This document shows, in pieces, positions 29,199-36,212 of a stretch of 36,212 bases of DNA. The position numbers and the translations under genes are program-made. Numbering within the stretch: the first letter of the stretch is position 1; each line of letters starts with the position of its first letter. The notes below the pieces were generated by a model. It did not search any database and was not told where the DNA came from. It saw nothing but the letters and a program-made list of their open reading frames with translations. Origin of the DNA: a bacterium (lineage in GTDB: Bacteria; Desulfobacterota; GWC2-55-46); assembly GCA_004298725.1 (NCBI GenBank), contig SCQA01000228.1, positions 1 to 36,212 on the forward strand, read 5' to 3'.

Positions 29199-29327
29199 GA
29201 GCGTTTTTTAACCTTTCATTGCGCTTGCACTGAAAATGTACCTTAATGTGCGTTGGTGTAAATATACATCAAAAAAATGTGCGTAGCGTAGAAAGAGGTA
29301 AAACAGCCCTTAAAACAATCTTAGCTA

Positions 29328-29356
29328 TTGACAGATAAAATTAAACGGTCTATAAT
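29328..29356 (+). promoter_or_regulatory. Perfect consensus sigma70 promoter
   Basis: TTGACA (29328-29333), exactly 17 nt of spacer, then TATAAT (29351-29356). The predicted start is near 29363. The next convincing start codon is about 350 nt downstream. Confidence 0.6.
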
Positions 29357-29722
29357 TTAGCTATATATTCTTAAAATAGTTTAGTTTCAGTGAGATTTGC
29401 CCTTAGGATTGTTCAACTCGCAAGCAAAAATGCGGAAAACAAGTCTGAGGTCAATGAAGACGGTCAACGCAGTTTCCTGGTAATCTCGCAACCCTCTCAG
29501 ACCTCGTTGCTCACTACAAAAAATCCATCATAGAAACTTTTATGAAAGTATAGCCGAATGCCTTTATTAAGTTTTAGCAAAATAGTTAAGGAAGGCTTAT
29601 AGCAGTTTAGTCTGCGCTATTTTACAGAAAAACCATTTTTTTACCCTTGGCAATGTAGATTGGCTTGGTTATGGTAAATATTTTAGTCGGTGATTCGCAA
29701 AACCTTAACACGGAGCATGAAA

Positions 29723-30223
29723 ATGGGCGTAAATTATGCCGATATCATAGAAAGAATGAGATGGTCGGGCAAGCTTAAAAACGACTCGGCTGTTGCAAGA
29801 GCGTTAAGCGTAACGCCTCAGGCGCTTTCAAACTACAAAAAGCGCGGCGAGATGCCCACTGACCTCGTTTTGCGGTTTTCTAATATTTACGGTTTATCCG
29901 TTGATTGGCTGTTAAGCGGCGAGGGCGAAATGTACAAGCCCGGAGCGCGGTCCGGCGTGTTGACCGCGGCTGAGGAGACGGCTCTTTACGGTAAAGAGGC
30001 AGGTAAAAGAGGGCAAGACTTCGCCGGACTTAGCCCGGATGAACTTATATATGTTGGAAAGCTCCTTAAAATAATACGCGGACCAAACAAAAGCAATGCC
30101 GCGGCTATTAAATACACGGTGGACGCGTTTTTGAAAATATCCGAGCAGGCAGTGGAAAAAATAGAGGCACAGCCGGAAGCTGTCGTTGCTCATCCTGTGG
30201 ACGATAAGGAAAATAAAGGCTGA
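29723..30223 (+). CDS. Phage CI-repressor-type HTH DNA-binding protein
   Basis: The N-terminal DIIERMRWSGKLKNDSAVARALSVTPQALSNYKKRGEMPTDLVLRFSNIYGLSVDWLLSGEG matches the CI-repressor HTH domain pattern. I do not recognise the C-terminal ~90 aa. Possible starts are 29723 (7 nt after ACGGAG), 29717 or 29690. Confidence 0.75.
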   Translation: MGVNYADIIERMRWSGKLKNDSAVARALSVTPQALSNYKKRGEMPTDLVLRFSNIYGLSVDWLLSGEGEMYKPGARSGVLTAAEETALYGKEAGKRGQDFAGLSPDELIYVGKLLKIIRGPNKSNAAAIKYTVDAFLKISEQAVEKIEAQPEAVVAHPVDDKENKG

Positions 30224-30247
30224 TTAAAGTTGCTTTGATTGTTTTTG

Positions 30248-30285
30248 GCCGCATCTCATGCTGAGCGAGATGCGGCTTTTTCTTT
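30248..30285 (+). terminator. Intrinsic terminator after the HTH gene
   Basis: A perfect 10-bp stem GCCGCATCTC / GAGATGCGGC with a 9-nt loop, followed by TTTTTCTTTT. Confidence 0.75.
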
Positions 30286-30389
30286 TGTAAACAGCCGTTA
30301 AGCTGAACTCGTTTGATGGAAAATAAAGTTTTTTAGCGTGATGTTTAGTTCGCGGTTTATTTGATAGAGCGGTGTTGTTGTTTCCTTTA

Positions 30390-30419
30390 TTGACCATTGG
30401 CCTTTGTATATGGTAATTT
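30390..30419 (+). promoter_or_regulatory. Candidate promoter of the ubi cluster (extended -10)
   Basis: TTGACC (30390-30395), an 18-nt spacer ending in TGG, then TAATTT (30414-30419). Confidence 0.45.
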
Positions 30420-30483
30420 TGTTGTTTAACGAATGGTTAGAACCACGCGCGCCGGTTTTATGGTTCTGCGTTCCGCGGTAATT

Positions 30484-31083
30484 ATGAATCAGAAATTGTC
30501 ATATACCATTGTAAAAGGTTGGGTAACGCCTGGTAAGCCGCATGACGGCCAGTGGTGGGAGAGGCTTTCCGTAAGCCAAAGGCTTTTGCTCCTTTCAGAG
30601 GGTTCAATGACGGTGAATCTGGAGCTGTTTTCCGGCTCAGGTGAAAAGGTGGAGGCGGATGTGCGCTTCGCTGGAAGCGGCGCGCTTGATGAAGGCGAGG
30701 CGTTATGTCTTGAAGAGGATAAGGGCAAGGGCGCTTTCGAGCGCGAGGTCTGGTTGAAAATAACCGGTAAAATGCTTATATGCGCCCGAACCGTCATACC
30801 GTTTGACAGAATTGACGCAGTGCTCTTAAAGACACTTATGGATGAAGATGCCCCTCAGCCGCTTGGCAGGATTTTACGCGAAAAGAACATGGGTTTTTCA
30901 AAAGAAAAGATAGAGCTTGCCGTGCTTACAAGCCCTCAAGTAAGCAAGGTTTTGGCCGTTAGCGCAAATACTCCTTTTGCCGCAAGGCGTTACGTGCTTT
31001 TAAGCAAGGCAGGGGCGGCAGGGCTTTGGAACATAAAGGCCTCTATTATGGAAATTTTCAGCCCGGAGCTTATTGCGGTTTAG
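30484..31083 (+). CDS. Chorismate pyruvate-lyase-like protein (UbiC/DUF98 family)
   Basis: About 200 aa. QRLLLLSEGSMTVNLELFSG resembles the chorismate lyase family N-terminal motif (LL...GS.T..LE). It lies directly upstream of ubiA. I prefer the ATG at 30484 over 30433. Confidence 0.6.
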   Translation: MNQKLSYTIVKGWVTPGKPHDGQWWERLSVSQRLLLLSEGSMTVNLELFSGSGEKVEADVRFAGSGALDEGEALCLEEDKGKGAFEREVWLKITGKMLICARTVIPFDRIDAVLLKTLMDEDAPQPLGRILREKNMGFSKEKIELAVLTSPQVSKVLAVSANTPFAARRYVLLSKAGAAGLWNIKASIMEIFSPELIAV

Positions 31084-31107
31084 CATATGTGCTTGAGAGG
31101 TTTTATT

Positions 31108-32001
31108 ATGACGCGCGTCAATTTACCAGTTAAGAGGAAGCTTGTTGCCATTTCAGAGCTTATACGGCTTACGAAGCAATATGGTACGCTATTGGTGCTT
31201 TGGCCGACGTTATGGTCGCTTTTTATCGCTTCCAACGGAAAGCCGCCTCTTAAGCTCCTTGTCATATTCATAGCCGGAACGTTTTTAATGAGAAGCGCCG
31301 GATGCGCTATAAACGACATCGTTGACAGGGGTTTCGACCGGCACGTTGAAAGGACGCGCGCAAGGCCGCTTGCCTGCGGTGCGCTTACAGTGATGGAGGC
31401 GCTTTTAGTATTCGCCCTTCTTTGCTCGCTCTCCCTGTTACTCGTGCTTGAGTTGAACTTTTTAACAATCGGGCTTGCTTTTGCCGGTGTTGCGTTTGCC
31501 GCTATCTATCCGTTCGTAAAAAGGGTAAGCCATTTTCCTCAGACCGTGCTTGGCATTGCCTTTGGATGGGGCGCGGTAATGTCGTGGAGCGCGGTGAAAG
31601 GCTCTGTAGGCGTTGTGCCGTTGCTTATATTTTTTGCGAATATCTGCTGGTCAATGGCGTATGATACGCTCTACGCCCTTGTTGACCGAGACGACGACTT
31701 GAAAATCGGCGTGAAGTCAACCGCCATATACTTCGGAGCGCGCGTCTATACGGCCGTTACCGTGATGTATTTCGGCGTGGCGATATTTCTTTTTATTGCA
31801 GGCGTTTTTGCCGGGCTTGGGGCGTTATACTATGCCGGTGTAGCAAGCGCGTTTCTTATATTTTTGTTTATAGTGCGCGCGGTGAAGGGGAAGAAGTCGA
31901 GGGAGGCGGCCTTTAACGGTTTTTTGCAGAACGCCGCCGTTGGTGCAATGCTTCTTCTTTTCGTAATACTTGATTTGAACTTTAGCGGGGTTATTCAGTG
32001 A
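31108..32001 (+). CDS. ubiA: 4-hydroxybenzoate polyprenyltransferase
   Basis: A multi-TM protein with UbiA prenyltransferase motifs NDIVDRGFDRHVERTRARPLA and YDTLYALVDRDDDLKIG. The ATG at 31108 follows GAGAGG. Confidence 0.9.
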   Translation: MTRVNLPVKRKLVAISELIRLTKQYGTLLVLWPTLWSLFIASNGKPPLKLLVIFIAGTFLMRSAGCAINDIVDRGFDRHVERTRARPLACGALTVMEALLVFALLCSLSLLLVLELNFLTIGLAFAGVAFAAIYPFVKRVSHFPQTVLGIAFGWGAVMSWSAVKGSVGVVPLLIFFANICWSMAYDTLYALVDRDDDLKIGVKSTAIYFGARVYTAVTVMYFGVAIFLFIAGVFAGLGALYYAGVASAFLIFLFIVRAVKGKKSREAAFNGFLQNAAVGAMLLLFVILDLNFSGVIQ

Positions 32002-33455
32002 GCTACTGCGACTTGCGCGATTTTTTAGCGTCCCTTGAAAAAAAAGGCCTCTTAAAGAGAGTAACAGCGGAGGTTGACGCGAACCTTGAAATTTCCGAGA
32101 TTTTAGACAGGCTTGTGAAAAAAGGCGGGCCTGCCGTAGTTTTTGAAAATGTAAAAGGCGGAAAAATGCCTGTTGTCGCCAACCTTTTCGGTACGCGCGA
32201 AAGGGTTGCCTTAGGCTTAGGCGTTCAAGAGGACGAGCTTCAGCAGATAGGCGAGTTCATAGCGCTTTTACAAAGGCCTCAGCCGCCGGAAGGCCTGTGG
32301 GACGCCGTTAAAAAGATACCGTTTTTTGGCAAAATTCTAACGCTTGGGCCTAAAACCGTGCGAAGCGGCGAGTGTCAGGAAGTTGTGCTGACGGGCGCGG
32401 ACGCGGATTTAACAACTCTTCCGATAATAAAATGCTGGCCAAAGGACATAGCACCGCTTATTACGTGGCCGCTTGTTATAACCCAGTCGCCGCACGGCGG
32501 GCCTTACAATGCCGGTGTTTACAGGATGCAGTTTCTTGACAACAAGCGCGCCGTAATGCGCTGGTTAAAGCACAGGGGTGGGGCCGCTCATCATCGTTTA
32601 TGGGCCGGGGCAGGTAAGACCATGCCGGTTGCCGTTGTAATAGGCGCGGAGCCTGCCACGATAATAGCCGCTGTTACGCCTGTTCCCGAAGACGTAGGCG
32701 AGTTTCATTTTGCGGGGGTCTTAAGGAAAAAGGCCATTGAGCTTGTCGAATGTAAGACCATACCGCTTAAAGTTCCTGCAACCGCCGAAATAATTCTTGA
32801 AGGCGAAATACGCTTGAACGACACCGCGCTTGAAGGGCCGTTCGGCGACCACACCGGCTATTATAATTCCGAGGAGCCTTTTCCGGTATTTCACTTAAAG
32901 GCTATAACGCACAGAAAAAACCCGTTGTACTTAACAACCATAACAGGCAGGCCGCCAAAGGAAGACGCCGTAATAGGCACCGTGCTTAACAAGATTTATC
33001 TGCCGTCGTTAAAGCTTCAGTTTCCGGAGGTCGTTGACTTCAGCCTGCCGATGGAGGCCGTTTCATACAGGATAGCCGTTGTCTCTATAAGGAAAGAGTA
33101 CCCGGGGCACGCCAGAAGAATAATGATGGGTTTATGGGGCGTACTAAAGCAGTTTATGTACGTCAAATACGTTATTGTGGTAGACGACGACATAGACGTT
33201 CATAATTGGGCGGATGTAATATGGGCGATGTCAACGCGCGTTGACCCTAAAAGGGACACGTTGATAATTGAAGGCACGCCGATTGATTATCTTGATTTTT
33301 CTTCTCCGCAAGACAGCCTTGGTTCAAAAATGGGCATAGACGCCACCGCAAAAATGCCGCCTGAGGTTTCCCGCAAATGGGGTGAAAAAATGGAAATGGA
33401 CAAGGCAATAGTTGATCTTGTCGACAGTAAGTGGAAGAGGTACGGACTTGAGTAG
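31998..33455 (+). CDS. ubiD: UbiD-family (4-hydroxy-3-polyprenylbenzoate) decarboxylase
   Basis: 485 aa. The N-terminus SYCDLRDFLASLEKKGLLKRV and the overall length are typical of UbiD. The GTG start overlaps the ubiA stop (GTGA). Confidence 0.9.
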   Translation: MSYCDLRDFLASLEKKGLLKRVTAEVDANLEISEILDRLVKKGGPAVVFENVKGGKMPVVANLFGTRERVALGLGVQEDELQQIGEFIALLQRPQPPEGLWDAVKKIPFFGKILTLGPKTVRSGECQEVVLTGADADLTTLPIIKCWPKDIAPLITWPLVITQSPHGGPYNAGVYRMQFLDNKRAVMRWLKHRGGAAHHRLWAGAGKTMPVAVVIGAEPATIIAAVTPVPEDVGEFHFAGVLRKKAIELVECKTIPLKVPATAEIILEGEIRLNDTALEGPFGDHTGYYNSEEPFPVFHLKAITHRKNPLYLTTITGRPPKEDAVIGTVLNKIYLPSLKLQFPEVVDFSLPMEAVSYRIAVVSIRKEYPGHARRIMMGLWGVLKQFMYVKYVIVVDDDIDVHNWADVIWAMSTRVDPKRDTLIIEGTPIDYLDFSSPQDSLGSKMGIDATAKMPPEVSRKWGEKMEMDKAIVDLVDSKWKRYGLE

Positions 33456-33549
33456 ATTTGATGCGTTATTTTTTCTTCCCCCTTTTTTAAAGGTGGGTAA
33501 AGGGGATTATAAAATGGCGTACCTGATCTTGCAAACGAGTTATTCTTAA

Positions 33550-33709
33550 GGAAGCTCTGATTAATGTCTTTTTTCTCCTCTCCCCTTGAGGGAGAGGGTA
33601 GGGTGAGGGGTAAAGCTGAGGAACAGACAGGTAACGGTTGGAGGAAAAGCCATTTCAGAATTGATACCTGATACTTTTTGATTGCGGAAAAGAATTAATC
33701 AGAGATTTC
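33550..33709 (+). mobile_element. Family-2 MITE-like repeat, copy B (TTAA at 33546-33549 and 33710-33713)
   Basis: Aligns full-length with 6603-6763 in the same orientation. It ends 17 nt before the ubiG ATG. Confidence 0.75.
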
Positions 33710-33726
33710 TTAAATCAAACGGCAAC

Positions 33727-34419
33727 ATGACAACTGAAGCTGAAAAATTCGATAAATTCGGGGCCGAGTGGTGGGACCCGAAGGGCAAGCTCTTTTCCCT
33801 CCACATGATAAACCCTCTGCGCTTTGACTATTTCGCCGAAAAGGCAGGGGATTTAAAGGGCAAGCTTGTCATTGATATCGGTTGCGGCGGAGGGCTTTTG
33901 GCGGAGAAGTTCGCCTCTGCCGGAGCGATTGTTACCGGCATTGACCTTTCTCCGGTTGCCATTGACACGGCAAAGAAGCACGCCGCTGAAACAGGCGTTG
34001 AAGTGGACTATATTATTTCTTCTCCTTCCGGCATTTCAAAAGAGAATATTGAAAAATTCGACATTGTAATTTGCGCCGAGGTGCTTGAGCACGTTGACGA
34101 TTTACGTGGTTTTTTGGCGGACACGCTTGCCATGCTAAAGCATGGAGGCCTCTTCTTTTTCGGTACGATAAATAAAACGCTGAAGGCGCGTTTGCTTGCT
34201 CTGTTCGTGGCTGAGGATATTTTAAAACTGCTTCCTAAAGGCACGCATGACTACTCCAGATTTATCCGTCCGTCCGAGCTTGTGAGGGTGCTTGCTGAAA
34301 ACGGAGTCGAGGCCGAGGAGATAAAGGGCTTGAGCTACGATCCTCTAAGGCTTGAATTCAGAATAACGGGCGATACTTCGGTAAATTATCTTGGATGGGC
34401 AAAAAAACTGTTGGATTAG
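33727..34419 (+). CDS. ubiG: Ubiquinone biosynthesis O-methyltransferase
   Basis: FDKFGAEWWDPKGKLFSLHMINPLRFDYF and the SAM motif VIDIGCGGGLLAE are typical of UbiG. I prefer the ATG at 33727, because the ORF-track start at 33682 (TTG) lies inside the family-2 repeat. Confidence 0.88.
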   Translation: MTTEAEKFDKFGAEWWDPKGKLFSLHMINPLRFDYFAEKAGDLKGKLVIDIGCGGGLLAEKFASAGAIVTGIDLSPVAIDTAKKHAAETGVEVDYIISSPSGISKENIEKFDIVICAEVLEHVDDLRGFLADTLAMLKHGGLFFFGTINKTLKARLLALFVAEDILKLLPKGTHDYSRFIRPSELVRVLAENGVEAEEIKGLSYDPLRLEFRITGDTSVNYLGWAKKLLD

Positions 34420-34562
34420 AAAGGCCTGCCTGTAGCGGGGTCAGGTCTGTAATCCTAACCTTGTTGTTTCGTAATTGCAAAGGATGCGAAGTTTTTTGAT
34501 GAAAGAATTCATGAGTTTAAGATGCAAACTCAAACTCTCTCAAGTTAGATGAGATGAGTGGA

Positions 34563-36212
34563 TTAAGATGAGGGGCTTTTGATATTATTTGTGCCTGCTT
34601 CTTTAATAGCCCCGGCGAGTTTTTTTGTAATGCCATGGGTTTTTGCCAGCTCGTCAACGCTCGCGCTCATTATCCCCTCAAGGCTTCCGAATTTTTCATA
34701 AAGCGCTTTTTTCTTTTTGGCCCCTATGCCTGAGATAGCGTCAAGCGGCGACGTGAAGTCTGTTTTTGACTTAAGCTTGCGCGCGTATGAAACGGCAAAC
34801 CTGTGGACTTCGTCGCGGATGCGCTGTAAAAGCAGGTCAGGCAAAGTACCCTCGCGAAGAAGCACCGGGTCCTTAACGTTTGGCAGGAATATTCGTTCGC
34901 CTGCGGCGGCCTTATTGTTTATGCCGGGCTTCTCTTTTGCAAGCGCTATTATGTTAAGCTTGTTTGCAAGGCCAAGCTCGCGCGCCACGGATAACGCAAT
35001 GTTTAACTGCCCCTTGCCGCCGTCAATAAGCGTAATATCCGGCAGGGGCATATCTTCGTTTTTATATCTTCTCTCAAGAACTTCCTTCATCATCGCGTAG
35101 TCGTCAGGACCGCCGGCATTTTTAATTTTAAAGAGCCTGTAGCCGGCTTTGTCAGGCGCGCCGTCTTTAAACGTGACCATTGCGCCGACGAAATGCGACG
35201 AGCCGATGTTGGAAATGTCAAATGCCTCGATTACGCGCGGCGTCCTTCGGAGATGAAGGCGTTTCTTAAGGCCCTCAAGCGCTGGATTGTTTTTTCCGTC
35301 TGATGGCGTTTGTCTCTCACTCAGCGCTTCTTTAGCGTTTATGAAAGCCATGCGGAGAAGCCGCGAACGCGTCCCTCTTGACGCAGCGGTAATTTTAACT
35401 TTTCTGCTTGCCTTTTCAATAAGCCACTCAGTAAGCATCGCCTCGTCTTCAAGATGAAAAGGTATTATTACTTCATCCGGCGCGTATTTGTCGCCGCGGT
35501 AAAATTGCGAAAGAAATGACGACATAAGTTCTTCGGCTGGCAGGCCGGTGTGTTTGAAATGGTGGCTGACGGAATTAACGAGTCTGCCGTCGCGTATAAA
35601 GAGCGCCTGTACGCATACGCCAATGCCGTTTTCGGCAATTGAAAAGACGTCTTGGTCCGCGTGGCTGTGCGTTACCGCAATTTGCCGCTCAAGCATTGAT
35701 TCTATTGCGCGTATTTTGTCTCTGATGCCAGCGGCTTCTTCGAATTTAAACTCAGCCGCGGCCTTGTCCATCTCTGTTTTTAGGCTTTTAATCAATCCGC
35801 TGTTTCTTCCTTCAAGAAACATAATCGCGCCTTTAACAAGTTCCGCGTATTTTTCCTCGCTGATGCGTCCTACAGCCGGAGCCGAACATATACCGAGCTG
35901 ATAATCAAGGCACGGGCGCACTCTGTTGCTGAAAACCGCTGTAGAGCACGCGCGAAGCGGAAAGATTTTTCTAAGAAGTTTGATTGTGTCTCTAACGTCG
36001 CGCGATGAAATATACGGCCCGAAGTAGCGTGAGCCGTCTTTTTTTATCTGCCGGACGATAAGAATTCGCGGAAATTTTTCGGCCATGGTCAGTTTTACGC
36101 TGACATAGGTTTTGGAATCTTTAAGGCGGATGTTGTATTTCGGTTTGTATTTTTTCAGCAGAGTGTCTTCAAGAAAAAGCGCTTCTTTTTCGTTGGCCGT
36201 TACTATGAAGTC
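34563..36212 (-). CDS. uvrC: Excinuclease ABC subunit C, C-terminal ~550 aa (5' end outside window)
   Basis: The frame stays open to the window edge (DFIVTANEKEALFLEDTLLKKYKPKYNIRLKD...). It has a UvrBC-interaction region, the endonuclease domain (IEAFDISN) and a C-terminal (HhH)2 (ISGIGAKKKKALYEKFGSLEGIMSASVDELAK). Confidence 0.93.
   Translation of the reverse strand, partial: DFIVTANEKEALFLEDTLLKKYKPKYNIRLKDSKTYVSVKLTMAEKFPRILIVRQIKKDGSRYFGPYISSRDVRDTIKLLRKIFPLRACSTAVFSNRVRPCLDYQLGICSAPAVGRISEEKYAELVKGAIMFLEGRNSGLIKSLKTEMDKAAAEFKFEEAAGIRDKIRAIESMLERQIAVTHSHADQDVFSIAENGIGVCVQALFIRDGRLVNSVSHHFKHTGLPAEELMSSFLSQFYRGDKYAPDEVIIPFHLEDEAMLTEWLIEKASRKVKITAASRGTRSRLLRMAFINAKEALSERQTPSDGKNNPALEGLKKRLHLRRTPRVIEAFDISNIGSSHFVGAMVTFKDGAPDKAGYRLFKIKNAGGPDDYAMMKEVLERRYKNEDMPLPDITLIDGGKGQLNIALSVARELGLANKLNIIALAKEKPGINNKAAAGERIFLPNVKDPVLLREGTLPDLLLQRIRDEVHRFAVSYARKLKSKTDFTSPLDAISGIGAKKKKALYEKFGSLEGIMSASVDELAKTHGITKKLAGAIKEAGTNNIKSPSS

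Noticed and set aside
29199-29530. A possible Mn2+ (yybP-ykoY), M-box or other metal riboswitch in the mntH upstream region, minus strand.
   Set aside because: I could not find the conserved cores (for example GGGGAGUAG ... UUGACAUA/AGACC for yybP-ykoY, or GGUGAGGCU for M-box). There is also no good minus-strand promoter upstream of the structured part. The only strong promoter faces the other way.
29390-29539. A 49-codon GTG ORF (VRFALRIVQLASKNAENKSEVNEDGQRSFLVISQPSQTSLLTTKNPS) inside the promoter-proximal leader.
   Set aside because: It has no SD or ATG, and its composition is unremarkable. I kept it only as an alternative explanation for the long leader, to be tested by conservation or ribosome profiling.
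29586-29595. TTAAGGAAGG, identical to the first 10 nt of the family-2 terminus plus its TTAA, in the HTH leader.
   Set aside because: The match ends after 10 nt, with no interior or opposite terminus nearby. It is compatible with chance or a very old solo end and is not reportable as a copy.

Overview
This is a 36.2-kb bacterial chromosomal window, mostly housekeeping genes. In order it holds: the 3' end of dxr, rseP and tsaB; a long plus-strand branched-chain amino-acid supra-operon (DUF465 gene, ilvD, ilvB, ilvN, ilvC, psd, pssA, leuA, a zinc-ribbon gene, leuC, a half-size TSUP membrane gene, leuD, leuB) and a deoxyhypusine-synthase-like gene; a minus-strand envelope/cAMP cluster (secreted TPR protein, sensor-HAMP class III nucleotidyl cyclase, LysM coiled-coil protein with a 327-bp internal tandem duplication); a small accessory patch (54-aa zinc-ribbon ORF absent from the ORF track, an orphan 152-aa gene, tRNA-Val(CAC)); an FtsX-type ABC transporter with a DUF4124-like membrane protein; an NRAMP transporter; a CI-type HTH regulator; ubiC-like, ubiA, ubiD and ubiG; and the 3' part of uvrC. 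The most unusual content is non-coding. Two families of palindromic MITE-like repeats bracketed by TTAA occur here with no transposase in the window. Family 1 (about 138 nt) has four copies plus a possible relic: one supplies the last codons and stop of dxr, and an inverted pair brackets the orphan gene next to the tRNA. Family 2 (about 161 nt) has two copies: one splits ilvB from ilvN, the other abuts ubiG. A perfect consensus sigma70 promoter also drives about 350 nt of apparently non-coding sequence between mntH and the HTH gene. No CRISPR array, rRNA, transposase or recognisable defence system was seen. All functional calls rest on motif recognition by eye, since no searches could be run.
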